64,000 nt of DNA from Spirosoma sp. 48-14 (GCF_001898575.1 NZ_MKUD01000010.1:297110-361109), one strand, 5' to 3'. Counted from the first letter of the stretch, positions 35,998 through 46,681 are shown. Program-made: numbers and translations. Notes: generated by a model from the letters alone, not told the origin.

Positions 35998-36810
35998 TTA
36001 ACTGCCCCGAATGGCGGATACGATTTGTAGCGAGAGTAATTCTTCAATAAAAACCAGGAACATGGCGGTTACTACCGACGAGTTGGCCGCTTTACCGACT
36101 CCTTCGGTTCCTTTTGAGGAGTGATATCCTTTATAGCAACCAACCATGCCGATGGTGAAGCCAAACACAATGGATTTGATGACCGACGAAAAAATATCGA
36201 GGTAGGTGATGGCCCCAAAAACCTCCTGAATATAGGACGTAAAACTCGTTTGCTCGTTGGCATTTACATTTAGGAATGCCCCGATCAACGCCACAAAAAT
36301 GGTGTACATCGTTAGTAACGGAATGGTGAACGAGGTAGCCAGTACGCGGCTCACGACCAGAAACTTAAATGGATTCGTTCCCGACACTTCCATCGCGTCG
36401 ATCTGTTCGGTAACGTTCATGGAACCGATTTCGGCACCGATGCTGGACCCAACTTTACCAGCGGCAATCAAAGCGGTTACCAGTGGGCCCAGGGCCCGGA
36501 CAACGGCAATGGCTATGAGCGAAGGGAGCCAGGAGGTAGCGCCAAACTCCGACAGCGATGGTCGCGACTGATTGGTGAACACCATGCCGGTTATAAACCC
36601 GGTGGTTGAAATCAGCAGGAGCGATCGATAACCAACTTCGTAGCATTGGCGGATGATCTCCTTAAATTCGTAGGGGGGGACAAACACTTCCCGAAAGAAG
36701 CGCCCAATGAAAGCGGCCACATCGCCCAAATTCAAAAAAAACTGGTCTAACTTTCGTGTAGTGACAGGCCGGCCAGTAGCCTGTTGGGATTTATTGGCGT
36801 CCGATTGCAT
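35998..36810 (-). CDS. mlaE: MlaE-family ABC permease
   Basis: GKVGSSIGAEIGSMNVTEQIDAMEVSG, GVGKAANSSVV. Confidence 0.94.
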   Translation of the reverse strand: MQSDANKSQQATGRPVTTRKLDQFFLNLGDVAAFIGRFFREVFVPPYEFKEIIRQCYEVGYRSLLLISTTGFITGMVFTNQSRPSLSEFGATSWLPSLIAIAVVRALGPLVTALIAAGKVGSSIGAEIGSMNVTEQIDAMEVSGTNPFKFLVVSRVLATSFTIPLLTMYTIFVALIGAFLNVNANEQTSFTSYIQEVFGAITYLDIFSSVIKSIVFGFTIGMVGCYKGYHSSKGTEGVGKAANSSVVTAMFLVFIEELLSLQIVSAIRGS

Positions 36811-36919
36811 TCAACAGGTGGAAAAGTAGATTAATGCCAAAAACGGGCTTATCAGAAACATAGGATTACGTATACCCATATAACTGATTTGTTGAGCCGT
36901 GGTTTTATTTTGGCAAAAG

Positions 36920-36954
36920 TAGTCGAAGCGCAACAACCTGTTGCGCTTCGACTA
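36920..36954 (-). terminator. hairpin downstream of the transglycosylase gene
   Basis: Perfect 16-bp arms tagtcgaagcgcaaca / tgttgcgcttcgacta, with an A-tract just upstream on + (U-tract on -). Confidence 0.7.
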
Positions 36955-36983
36955 ATCAATTCCAGAAAGTTTATAGGAGCGAA

Positions 36984-37967
36984 TTAGGCTGCCTGTTGAA
37001 AGCCAATGGGTTGCCAGGCCCGGTAGGCTGTCTGGGGAGCAGGAGACAGAAACGAGGAGTAGTCATTGGGGCGCGACATGACTTCTTTATAAAGCAATAC
37101 TCGGTAGAGGTAGTAGCGAGTTTCGCGAGGCAGGTTCATTCGGTAATAATCCCGATGTGCATACCGTTTGAGCTGATTTTTGATTAGGCCCGGTCCCGCA
37201 TTATACGCAGCCGCTACCAGCGACCAGGAACCTAACTGCGAGTACAAGGCTCGTAAGTACCGACAGGCGGCATCGGTTGCTTTCTGGACATTGAATCGTT
37301 CATCGACCCGTTTGCCAACTTTCAGACCCAGGTCACGGGCAGTGCCCGGCATGAGTTGCCAGTAACCAGCCGCACCAACCCGTGATACTGCCCTGGGGCG
37401 GAGCGCACTTTCGGCCAGGGGGATATAACGAAAATCGTCAGGGATATCGTACTTAGCCAGAATTGGGTCGATGATCGGGAAGAACGAGTCGGCACGTTGT
37501 TGCAGGTTACCCAGATCGCTGGCGTGGGAACGGAACAGCGTAAAAACATGCTTCCACCGATCCACCACATCCGACTGGTCGAGTGGTAAGCATTCTCCGC
37601 AAAAATTTACATCAAGTAAGGGCAGGTCAGGGGCGGTAGCTAGTGCCGGTTTTAAGAACGTTTCTGCTGTCGGTCGAAAATGGTGCGATGCCGTTGCATC
37701 GGATTTAGCCACAACAGTAGCTTTGGACAGTAGCGAAACGGGGTTCGCATTCAGAGGAATGAATTTCGCGGCAATTGCGACAGCCGGACGGAACGCGGCC
37801 ATTAAAACTGAAAATCCAAGACGCTTTAACAAGACTAAATTCAGGATGGTAATGAGTGATAACGATTTTGGCCTTGATTTAGTGCTCTGATAATCAATCA
37901 TATATAAGAAATGACGTATTGGTAAAATAGGATTTTTCAAGGTGTTGCCAACGAAAGCTACTGGCAA
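36984..37967 (-). CDS. lytic transglycosylase (SLT domain, MltD-like)
   Basis: LAESAL...GAAGYWQLMPGTA...DERF...AAYNAG...ETRYY. True start is probably downstream of the listed one. Confidence 0.9.
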   Translation of the reverse strand: MPVAFVGNTLKNPILPIRHFLYMIDYQSTKSRPKSLSLITILNLVLLKRLGFSVLMAAFRPAVAIAAKFIPLNANPVSLLSKATVVAKSDATASHHFRPTAETFLKPALATAPDLPLLDVNFCGECLPLDQSDVVDRWKHVFTLFRSHASDLGNLQQRADSFFPIIDPILAKYDIPDDFRYIPLAESALRPRAVSRVGAAGYWQLMPGTARDLGLKVGKRVDERFNVQKATDAACRYLRALYSQLGSWSLVAAAYNAGPGLIKNQLKRYAHRDYYRMNLPRETRYYLYRVLLYKEVMSRPNDYSSFLSPAPQTAYRAWQPIGFQQAA

Positions 37968-38108
37968 TCAGTGGCTTTCCAATTAAATCGTGCTAACGTA
38001 TAAAGTTGAACCGTTTGACAGAAAAAAGGGTGATGGCCCTGTTAAAAATTCCTAACTTTCGGCTGCCTTATCCCGTTGCTCAATGAATGAGGAAGTAGGT
38101 AGCGACTT

Positions 38109-38960
38109 ATGATTGAAATCGGACGAATAAATACGTTGACGGCGCTTCGGCAAACCAGTGTCGGGTTTTTCCTTGGGGATCTGTCGGATCGAAAAACGCA
38201 GGATTTTAACAATGATATTCTCCTGCCCAATAAATATGTGCCCGAAACACTGGAAGTTGACGATGATATCGATGTATTTGTGTACACCGACTCCGAAGAT
38301 CGTCCCATTGCCACAACCTTAACCCCCGCCATCCAGCGTAATGAGTTTGCCACATTGCAGGTAGTTTCGATAACCAGTGCCGGGGCCTTTCTGGACTGGG
38401 GACTGGAAAAAGACCTGCTCGTGCCCCATCGCGAACAGGCCCGACCCATGCAGGTGGGGGAGTGGTATGTGGTGTTCATGTACCTGGACCGGCGCACCAA
38501 CCGGCTGGTAGCATCGAGCAAGGTAAGCCGGTTTCTGGACCCGGATGTCAGTGAATTACAGGAAGGTGACGAAGTGCAGCTACTAGCCTACGAAACCACG
38601 GATCTGGGTGTGAACGTTATCATTAACAACCGCTACAAGGGGCTGATTTACGCCAATGAAATTTTCCGAACCGTACAATCGGGAGATCCGCTTATTGGCT
38701 ACATCAAAAACATTCGCGACGATGGCCTGGTCGATGTAAGCTTACAAAAGGCTGGTTTCGAGAACGTAGAGCCCAATGCCCAGCGCATCCTGACGCTCCT
38801 GAAAGTCGAGAACGGGTTTCTGCCGCTGACCGATAATAGCCCACCCGAGGAGATTTATAAAGCGCTTGAAATGAGCAAAAAAACCTTCAAAAAAGCCATC
38901 GGAACCCTCTATCGCGAACGGAAAATTGTGCTCGAAGAGAAAGGAATACGTCTGGTTTAG
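38109..38960 (+). CDS. cvfB: CvfB-family S1 RNA-binding protein
   Basis: ILLPNKYVP, FVYTDSEDRPIAT, GAFLDWGLEKDLLVP, SKKTFKKAIGTLY. Confidence 0.92.
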   Translation: MIEIGRINTLTALRQTSVGFFLGDLSDRKTQDFNNDILLPNKYVPETLEVDDDIDVFVYTDSEDRPIATTLTPAIQRNEFATLQVVSITSAGAFLDWGLEKDLLVPHREQARPMQVGEWYVVFMYLDRRTNRLVASSKVSRFLDPDVSELQEGDEVQLLAYETTDLGVNVIINNRYKGLIYANEIFRTVQSGDPLIGYIKNIRDDGLVDVSLQKAGFENVEPNAQRILTLLKVENGFLPLTDNSPPEEIYKALEMSKKTFKKAIGTLYRERKIVLEEKGIRLV

Positions 38961-39044
38961 TAGGCTTATTGACGGTTTTTTTTGCTGGTTGGGAGTCATC
39001 GCCGTTTGCGTAACTACTTGTTGCTCAGGCGGTGGGTTATCGCT

Positions 39045-40598
39045 TTATTTTTCATTTAGAAGCTCATCAAGGACTTGTTTGAGTCGGTTGTTATCAGCAT
39101 TCAAACTCAGCGACTTTTGATACATAAGGATAGCTTCTGCTTTCTTGCCACTTTGTTGTAAAATTTCGGCGTAACTGTTATAAGGTTGCCATGCCTGAGG
39201 TTCGGCAAACGTTAGAAGTTTAAGCGTCTCCAAAGCCTGATTTGTATAGCCATGTAGCATAAATTGACGGCCAGCATAATCTAGCTCTGCCGGTGAAAAT
39301 GAATAGTTAGCTGTATCCGCTTTTACGACAAGAAAGCGTGCTGCTCCGTAGTCGGGGCCCCGTTCGAACAGAGCTTTGGCATAGTGTTTCGCCACCGATT
39401 TTTTTCCGGAAGCCAATGGCTGATTCATCAGGAGCCTGAGTGCATTTTCGCCTGATTCCTGTACGCCTTCGCATTCGGCATTGTTCAGAATCACCACGGT
39501 TTGCTGCCGGGTAAGATTTCGTAGGAAAAGTGTACTGCCACCTGGAATAAACCCTGAATGCCAGACCAGTTTGTTGGTGGTGGTATCCTGTCCCACAAAC
39601 CAGCCCAATCCGTAACTTACCTTGCCAGGTTCTACGTCTGCCAGATTTCCATTCGTTAATCGAGTTGCTGTATACGCCTTGCTAAGTGTTTGAGCTTTTA
39701 AAAGTCGTCCCTCATTCAGGGCCTTGTCAAATGCCAGCAAATCATTAGCCGTACTGGCTATAAAACCTAATCCCCGTAATCCCCCAAAATTGACCAGAAG
39801 TGGCTGATAACGTTTCATGGTATCCACCCATTGGAGTTGGGACGAGAAGAATACAGGCTGATAGTTTTCGGCTCGTTTAGTATCAGGTTTGGTTTTGGGA
39901 ATAGAAAAAGGGTACGTATTGGGCATTGAGGCCACCTTCCATATATGTTGAGCGACATACTCATCGAAAGGCATGGCGGTGAGTTTTTCGATGAGGATCG
40001 CTAACACACAATATCCCGGATTGGAATAACTCCAACGCTCACCCGGTTCGAATTGAAGTTTTCCAAATCGTTTAAGAGCGGGTATAACATCCACATTTGT
40101 CAGGATTCGCTTTGGGTCTTCGTGAATATAGGGGTCAAAAATTTGCAGGTCGGCTAACCCGGATGTGTGAGAGAGCAGTTGCCGAATGGTAATGGTGGCA
40201 AATGGAAAATCAGGAAGATAGTTGATCAGCGGATCATCAAGCTTGATCTTGCCTTGCTCGTAGAGTTGTAAAACAGCAACGGCTGTAAACGTTTTTCCGA
40301 TAGAAGCCAGTTGAAAACGGGTATCGTTCCGATTGAGTAATTTATCGTTCACTCGGGCAAGCCCAAACGATTTCTGGTAAACAATTTTGCCTTGTTCAGC
40401 AATCAAGACATTGCCATTCAGACGCTGTTCGTTCTGTAAGCTGGTAAAGAGGCTATCCAAACGCTGACTCGTCGGTTGAGCCACTGTAGGCAATTGATAG
40501 ATGAACAGTAAACTGATCAGAAGTGTAAAACATGCACTCCAGGACCTGTTTCGTTTAGTAAACGACCAGTAACTTGATTGTAATTGATGAGGTTGCAT
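39045..40598 (-). CDS. serine hydrolase (beta-lactamase class C-like) with C-terminal TPR
   Basis: ASIGK (SxxK), LLSHTSG, YSNPGY, WHSG, then a TPR helix pair. Confidence 0.9.
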   Translation of the reverse strand: MQPHQLQSSYWSFTKRNRSWSACFTLLISLLFIYQLPTVAQPTSQRLDSLFTSLQNEQRLNGNVLIAEQGKIVYQKSFGLARVNDKLLNRNDTRFQLASIGKTFTAVAVLQLYEQGKIKLDDPLINYLPDFPFATITIRQLLSHTSGLADLQIFDPYIHEDPKRILTNVDVIPALKRFGKLQFEPGERWSYSNPGYCVLAILIEKLTAMPFDEYVAQHIWKVASMPNTYPFSIPKTKPDTKRAENYQPVFFSSQLQWVDTMKRYQPLLVNFGGLRGLGFIASTANDLLAFDKALNEGRLLKAQTLSKAYTATRLTNGNLADVEPGKVSYGLGWFVGQDTTTNKLVWHSGFIPGGSTLFLRNLTRQQTVVILNNAECEGVQESGENALRLLMNQPLASGKKSVAKHYAKALFERGPDYGAARFLVVKADTANYSFSPAELDYAGRQFMLHGYTNQALETLKLLTFAEPQAWQPYNSYAEILQQSGKKAEAILMYQKSLSLNADNNRLKQVLDELLNEK

Positions 40599-40805
40599 AA
40601 GTTCAGTAAGGGTAAATTATTAATTCAACTTTTGTAGAACAAATGGCTTGCCAATAGCCTGTATGTAATGTTATGGGGTTTATTGTCAGGGTTTTAGGTC
40701 TTTTTGGCTTTTAGCCAAGCTGTCCAGTTCTGGACAGTATACGTTCGCTTACGGACATACCTGCCTCATGCTTAGCCTAATTTTAATGATCAGTAAGTAC
40801 CATTT

Positions 40806-40834
40806 TTAACCAAACATTAACCCTCGCTTTAAGC
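40806..40834 (+). promoter_or_regulatory. candidate OmpR/PmrA-type tandem binding site
   Basis: TTAACC-N5-TTAACC-N6-TTAAGC upstream of the DUF3300-like gene. Confidence 0.35.
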
Positions 40835-40975
40835 CTGCTTCAGGCTGCCTGACGTTTTTTGTATGGTCAGCAAGAGGTTCCATTGGCGGTTGGATTCCAA
40901 CAGAATTTTCGCCGGAATTGGAACGGATTGCTGGTCAAGAATACAACAAATCGTACTTGAAACAGAAGACAGTTA

Positions 40976-42370
40976 ATGCCTTCATTAGCAGTCATGAAAG
41001 CGTTCATTCAACTCCCCGCCAAAGCGCTGTTGCTTGCCATTGGATTAGCTGGGGCTGGTTTACATCCCTCCTTTGCGCAAGTAACCGAACCCGAACAGCA
41101 ATCGGCTCCCGTAACCGATCAAGCGATTATATCGGCCATTGCCCCGTACCGCGACGATGTTCGTCGATCTATTCTACTGGCCAGCCAGCAACCTCAGGTA
41201 TTGACGGCGCTGGCTCAGCAACGTGCCAACAGTGAGCAGGCCTTTGTGAATCTAATTCAAACCTATGGACAGAAGAAACAGGCCTGGTTTTATGACATCG
41301 CCCGGTTTCCGGATGTGATGCACGCGCTGGCAACCCTGCCTGCCGGAACCAGCGAATCGTCGGTGAAAGACCTGACGAAAAACCTGCCTGCCGATTTGCA
41401 GGAAACCGCCTGGAAACTGTATCGCCATCATCACGATGATCTGGTGCAGGTCGATAACCTGAATCAACAGGCCGACCTGGCGTTCGATAACCTGATCGAC
41501 CCACTGGATATTCCAACGCAGAATGCCTTTCGACAATTGATTAACATGCCGGACGTGCTGACTCAACTGACCGATCAGATCGATAAAACGACCCGGCTGG
41601 GCGAAGCCTACCGTGCGAACCCAGATCAGGTTACCAAAGATTTGACAGCTTTGCATGATAGCCTGGCCGTACAGAACCAGCAGGAACTGGCCACCTATCA
41701 GAATGAACTGAATAACGATCCGCAGGCCAAACAGGAATTGCAACAGGCTGGGCAGGCCTATGCACAGGCCAATGGGTACAATACGGGCATCAACCCGAAC
41801 CCGGCCTGGGTGAATAGTTCGTATTATTATCAGAACCCGTATCCATTCTGGTTTGGGTATCCGTACTGGTACGCATCGCCACTCTGGTATCCATCGGCCT
41901 GGTGGTATGGAACGGGCTTCTATTTTGGACTTGGTGGCAACATGGTCATGTTCGGTTTGCCGTCGCTGGGCTTCTCGAACTGGTTCTTCACCACAGGCCG
42001 CTACGCTTACCCGCATCTGTATAACCGTTTCAACAATTACTATGTCCGCACCATTGGTGAACGACATGTTTGGGCACCAGCCAATGCCGGGTTTATGTCA
42101 GCTGCTCATCGCGCCTTTGGTTCAGGTATACCCAACGCCCGTGCCAACTGGCTGACTAATCCAGGTCAATACAGCCGATCGGGTAATTGGAACAATGCAG
42201 GTTCTGCGCGGGTAGCATCGCCTGGCCGTTATCAGGGCGCTAACGCCAATACATACCACTCACAGGCCTGGGGAGGTGCATCCCGGTCATTTGGGGGGGG
42301 CGGATTTAGTGGTGGAGGCTTCCATGGTGGTTTTGGTGGTGGCGGTGGTTTCCACGGTGGCCGTCGTTAA
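40976..42370 (+). CDS. DUF3300-like secreted protein with aromatic/Gly-rich low-complexity C-terminus
   Basis: Signal peptide; IISAIAPYRDDVRRSILLASQQP resembles the DUF3300 APIALYPD...ILxAS motif; tail GGGGFSGGGFHGGFGGGGGFHGGRR. Confidence 0.65.
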   Translation: MPSLAVMKAFIQLPAKALLLAIGLAGAGLHPSFAQVTEPEQQSAPVTDQAIISAIAPYRDDVRRSILLASQQPQVLTALAQQRANSEQAFVNLIQTYGQKKQAWFYDIARFPDVMHALATLPAGTSESSVKDLTKNLPADLQETAWKLYRHHHDDLVQVDNLNQQADLAFDNLIDPLDIPTQNAFRQLINMPDVLTQLTDQIDKTTRLGEAYRANPDQVTKDLTALHDSLAVQNQQELATYQNELNNDPQAKQELQQAGQAYAQANGYNTGINPNPAWVNSSYYYQNPYPFWFGYPYWYASPLWYPSAWWYGTGFYFGLGGNMVMFGLPSLGFSNWFFTTGRYAYPHLYNRFNNYYVRTIGERHVWAPANAGFMSAAHRAFGSGIPNARANWLTNPGQYSRSGNWNNAGSARVASPGRYQGANANTYHSQAWGGASRSFGGGGFSGGGFHGGFGGGGGFHGGRR

Positions 42371-42371
42371 T

Positions 42372-42420
42372 AAAGCGGTGGATTGATGCAAACTTACTGT
42401 TTGCATCAATCCACCGCTTT
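42372..42420 (+). terminator. perfect 22-bp hairpin after the DUF3300-like gene
   Basis: aaagcggtggattgatgcaaac-ttact-gtttgcatcaatccaccgcttt. Confidence 0.8.
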
Positions 42421-42493
42421 CTGTAATTGAATACTACCCTTTCTGGTAAGTTGGTGGAGAAGTTTTTCTAATTTCGCGCCAATAATTACCACT

Positions 42494-43171
42494 ATGCATA
42501 TACTCATCGTTGAAGATGAAGCGTCGATAGCCGGTTTTCTTCGGAAGGGACTGGAAGCGAATGGCTTTCATGTTCAGATTGCCTCCGACGGACTTATGGG
42601 GCAAAAAATGGCCCTCGATTATCCCTACGATCTGATTATTGCTGATGTCAATCTACCCCGGCAAAATGGCCGGGACATGGTAGAAATTCTTCGTAGACAG
42701 AAGGTCGATACCCCGATTCTGATGCTCAGCGCACTGGGGACTTCCAACGATATTATTACCGGACTGGATGTAGGGGCCGACGATTATCTGGTAAAGCCTG
42801 TCCAGTTCGATATCCTGATGGCTCGCGTGCGGGCGTTGACACGGCGTCATACCGGACGCCTGAATTCGGAACCAACGCTGGTGGTTGGGGATCTGGTACT
42901 CAATCAGGACGAGCGTACCGCCAAACGGGGCAGCCGGCCCATCAATCTGACCGCCAAAGAGTTTCAATTGCTCGAGTACCTGATGCAGAACCAGGGCCGC
43001 GTCGTGTCCCGCGCTTCCATTGCCGAACAGGTTTGGGATATGCAATACACCATGAGCAGTAATTCGATTGAAGTATATGTGGGGATTCTGCGCAAAAAAA
43101 TTGACCAGCCCGGCTCCCCCCAACTGATCCATACCGTTATTGGCGAAGGCTATGTACTGCGGGCACCGTAA
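42494..43171 (+). CDS. OmpR-family response regulator (no adjacent kinase)
   Basis: ILIVEDE, DLIIADVNLP, GADDYLVKP, LTAKEFQLLEYL, IHTVIGEGY. Confidence 0.95.
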   Translation: MHILIVEDEASIAGFLRKGLEANGFHVQIASDGLMGQKMALDYPYDLIIADVNLPRQNGRDMVEILRRQKVDTPILMLSALGTSNDIITGLDVGADDYLVKPVQFDILMARVRALTRRHTGRLNSEPTLVVGDLVLNQDERTAKRGSRPINLTAKEFQLLEYLMQNQGRVVSRASIAEQVWDMQYTMSSNSIEVYVGILRKKIDQPGSPQLIHTVIGEGYVLRAP

Positions 43172-43207
43172 ACAGTGTCTCTAATGTTAGTAAGTAGTCA
43201 TTTGATT

Positions 43208-43291
43208 GTCATTAAGTGGTCATTGATCATTATTCGTCGTACGGCAAATTTTTCATTTACAATAAACGCCAATCAATGACCACTTAATGAC
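43208..43291. repeat. 20-bp perfect inverted repeat (GTCATT-type units) between convergent genes
   Basis: gtcattaagtggtcattgat / atcaatgaccacttaatgac with a 44-nt spacer. Confidence 0.85.
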
Positions 43292-43297
43292 TCTTAC

Positions 43298-44803
43298 TTA
43301 TCGTTCCAGTTTGAATCCCTTATCTACCCTTACGCGCTGCGGTCGGTTGGCCACATCCCAGCCCGTGAGATAAATCCACCGGGCAATACGCGTCACCTTT
43401 GCCGTATTGATGCGGTCGGGCTCGTCTTTTGGGGTATGGTAGTCGGTATGCAGAAGCGTTGTGAAGGCAATGGCTGGCACATTCGCACGGGCGTAGGGGA
43501 GGTGGTCGGAACGGAAATACCAGCCTTCGGGATGATCGGGTTTATCCCACAGCGTGTCGAGTTTAAAATGCGCTTCCGACTGATTGACTGCCAGCGCTGC
43601 ATTGACCAGATCCGTTGAATTGCGATGCGGAGGCTGCTGACCCAGGATGCAGGCACTGTCAGGCGCGTTTCGGCCAATCATTTCCGCATTCAAAACGGCC
43701 ACGATGGATTCTTTGGGTACGGTCGGTTTGTCGACATAATACCGGGAGCCCAGCAAACCGCGCTCTTCGGCACCGTGAAAAACAAACAAGGCCGAACGTT
43801 TGCCGGGCTTCTGGGCGAATGCCCGCCCAATAGCCATGGTCGCTACACATCCACTGGCATTATCGTCGGCCCCGTTCCAGATCGAATCCCCGGCAACGGC
43901 CCGCCGAACACCATCATGGTCCTGGTGTGTGCTGAACAACACATACTCATTCTTAAGCGTGGGGTCCGTGCCCGGAACCTTGGCAACAATATTGACCGAT
44001 GGATAACTGAAACTTTCTACGTTAACGACATTGGTAAATTGTTGCCCCGGCTGTTTGATCCAGGAAAGCGCACTACTTGGGAGCCAAACGGTGGGCGCCT
44101 GCGAAAATACGCGGGTATTGGCTCCACCGGGTAAATCGTATCGGCCCCGTTCCAGACCCGTAGTCCAGCGGTCGAAATAGAATTGGGCATCGGCATTGGA
44201 AATCCAGACAACGGCGAGTGCCCCGGCTTTGACGAGTTCGGCAGCCCGTCGGTTCATCGTGCCCGTCAGGAACCGACGGTAACTCAGTTCGGCCGGGGGC
44301 GTTCCCGAAAATTCCAGGGCTACCGCTTTCCCTTTAATATCTACGTTGGCGAGTTCTTGGGGTGTACCTTTCCCAACAAAGACCAGTGGGGCATCGACCG
44401 ATGCAATGGCAGGAGCCAGAATAAACGCATCCTGCCCATGCGTAAGAGTATGATTACCAATGTTGAGTCGGCTGGTTTCGGTGATGCGGGTACGTTGAAT
44501 ATGAAAAAACTGGAAAAAAGTGCCGTCGTCACCGGCAGGTTGGAGGCCCATTGCCCGAAGCTGGTCAGCAATCCAGACCGAGGCTTTGAGCTCATCGAGA
44601 GACCCCGCTTCCCGGCCCCGAAAGTGATCACCCGCCAGGGCAAACAGATCCCGTTTAATGTCGCTTTCTTTAATAGCCGATACCGCGTTGCCCGTCTGCG
44701 TGGCTTTTGATTGGGCCTGGCTTGCGATCGAAGGGCCTACTGCCAGGAGGGCCAACGCGAGGGAAAGCCGCTTCAGCCCTGTTTGTTTGTTGAGAAGAAT
44801 CAT
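43298..44803 (-). CDS. M28 family aminopeptidase with PA domain
   Basis: STHQDH, GADDNASG, GAEERGLLGS, RSDHLPY, DYHTPKD. Confidence 0.93.
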   Translation of the reverse strand: MILLNKQTGLKRLSLALALLAVGPSIASQAQSKATQTGNAVSAIKESDIKRDLFALAGDHFRGREAGSLDELKASVWIADQLRAMGLQPAGDDGTFFQFFHIQRTRITETSRLNIGNHTLTHGQDAFILAPAIASVDAPLVFVGKGTPQELANVDIKGKAVALEFSGTPPAELSYRRFLTGTMNRRAAELVKAGALAVVWISNADAQFYFDRWTTGLERGRYDLPGGANTRVFSQAPTVWLPSSALSWIKQPGQQFTNVVNVESFSYPSVNIVAKVPGTDPTLKNEYVLFSTHQDHDGVRRAVAGDSIWNGADDNASGCVATMAIGRAFAQKPGKRSALFVFHGAEERGLLGSRYYVDKPTVPKESIVAVLNAEMIGRNAPDSACILGQQPPHRNSTDLVNAALAVNQSEAHFKLDTLWDKPDHPEGWYFRSDHLPYARANVPAIAFTTLLHTDYHTPKDEPDRINTAKVTRIARWIYLTGWDVANRPQRVRVDKGFKLER

Positions 44804-44913
44804 GGTTGTATTGTCTGACTACGTTTTGGAGGAGAGCAAATCTACATAGCACAGCGATTCCCTGGGTCAGTTCGCAGCGATAAAACCTTATATTAGGGGA
44901 CAAACAACCGACT

Positions 44914-46479
44914 ATGAAACGAACTCTCCTCTTAGTACAAGCACTCGCTGTTTTGTGCCTACTCTCCCTTAGTGAGCAAACAGCCCCGGCCCAATCCAGA
45001 AAAGCACCTATTGACCCAGTGAGCCGTTATGATGCCTACATCCAACAGGCCGTTAAAGACTGGAATGTGCCGGGCCTGACGGTTACGGTCGTAAAAAATG
45101 GAAAAACCCTGCTCAAGAAAGGCTACGGCGTCCGGGAGCTAGGCAAACCGGGCGCTGTGGATACGCAGACGCTCTTTGCCATGGCCTCGACTACCAAAGC
45201 CATGACAGCCGCCTGCCTGGGTATGCTTGTCGATGAAGGTAAACTGCACTGGGATGACCTAGTTGTAAACTACCTGCCCGATTTTCAGTTCTATGACCCG
45301 GCCGTTACCCGTGAAGTTCGGGTGCGTGACCTGCTCATTCATAACACGGGTGTAGGGAACGCCGATGTGCTTTGGGCAGCCATGGAGATCCCATCGGATG
45401 AAATTCTGCGGAGAGTTCGGCTGATTAAGCCGTCGTATTCGCTGCGGTCCAGTTTTATTTATCAGAATATCATGTATCTGGCGGCTGGGAAAGTCATCGA
45501 AAAAGTGAGTGGAGTGCCCTGGGCAACGTTCATTCGCACCCGACTTTTCGAACCGCTGGGCATGAGCCGAACAAAGGCCCATTTCAAAGAGGTATCGGAT
45601 GCTAACCGGGCCAAACCGCATATGGAGATTAACGATACCATTCGGTTAGTCAATAGCCTGAAAGAAGAGGGGTTGGTGGATGCGGTTGGCCCGGCGGGTT
45701 CCGTCTGGACTTGCCCCGATGATGTGACGGCCTGGATGCAGTGTATGCTCGATAGTGGCCGATATGCAGGTAAAACGTTGCTCAAACCAGCTACCTGGGC
45801 CGAGTTGTTCAAACCACAGACGCTGGTAACCGATAGTCAGTTCTACCCCACGCAGCTATTAACCAAACCGGTCTGGAAAACGTACGGCCTGGGTTGGTTT
45901 CAGCAAGACTATCGCGGCCATCGGGTTAATTTTCATACCGGGAGCCTGACAGGTATGGTAGCCATTCACGGTCAGTTGCCCGATCAGAAACTGGCTGTTT
46001 ATATTCAGGGGAATCTCGATCATGCCGAATTGCGTCATGCACTCATGTACCGGGCTTTCGACGAGTTTGGGCTGGGCGTTGACCAGGACTGGAGCCAAGC
46101 GTTTCGGCAGTTGTATGGCGGATTCAAACAGCAAGCCAAACAGGCTGACCGTAAGGCCGATAGCTCCCGTGTTCTGAATACAAAACCGTCGTTGCCCCTG
46201 ACGGCTTATACAGGTTCGTATACCGATCCCTTGTATGGGACAATTGATGTTACTTTAAAAAATGGCCGATTATATGCGTCCATGAATAACATACTGACTG
46301 GCTACCTCGATCATTGGCATTTCGACACGTTTCGACTTACATACGATCAATTCTGGAACGGCAAAGACGCCATCAGCTTCATCCTCGATCAACAGGGGAA
46401 AGTTGCTAAATTAACAGGAGGAGGGATGGAGCTAACGAAAGCCCCTGAACCATCCGATAAACCTGTTTCGACACGATAA
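44914..46479 (+). CDS. serine hydrolase (beta-lactamase-like) with DUF3471-like C-terminus
   Basis: ASTTK, YQNIMY, HTGS; C-terminal AYTGSYTDPLYGTIDV...LDHWHFDTF. Confidence 0.9.
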   Translation: MKRTLLLVQALAVLCLLSLSEQTAPAQSRKAPIDPVSRYDAYIQQAVKDWNVPGLTVTVVKNGKTLLKKGYGVRELGKPGAVDTQTLFAMASTTKAMTAACLGMLVDEGKLHWDDLVVNYLPDFQFYDPAVTREVRVRDLLIHNTGVGNADVLWAAMEIPSDEILRRVRLIKPSYSLRSSFIYQNIMYLAAGKVIEKVSGVPWATFIRTRLFEPLGMSRTKAHFKEVSDANRAKPHMEINDTIRLVNSLKEEGLVDAVGPAGSVWTCPDDVTAWMQCMLDSGRYAGKTLLKPATWAELFKPQTLVTDSQFYPTQLLTKPVWKTYGLGWFQQDYRGHRVNFHTGSLTGMVAIHGQLPDQKLAVYIQGNLDHAELRHALMYRAFDEFGLGVDQDWSQAFRQLYGGFKQQAKQADRKADSSRVLNTKPSLPLTAYTGSYTDPLYGTIDVTLKNGRLYASMNNILTGYLDHWHFDTFRLTYDQFWNGKDAISFILDQQGKVAKLTGGGMELTKAPEPSDKPVSTR

Positions 46480-46492
46480 GCGGTCAATTATG

Positions 46493-46556
46493 GTCAGGTC
46501 TTGTCAAGAATTATTAGAATGGTGAGCATCTCGAGCGACTCTTGACAAGACCTGAC
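46493..46556. repeat. 17-bp perfect inverted repeat downstream of the serine hydrolase
   Basis: gtcaggtcttgtcaaga / tcttgacaagacctgac. Confidence 0.8.
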
Positions 46557-46681
46557 TACCCCTTTTACCTCATTAAAAAATAGGCTACTAAAAGAATTTT
46601 TAAAATCCGTGAACATTTTTGAAAAATTAAATGTATATACATCAAATACCTTAACACATAATTTTCAAAATACTTACAACT

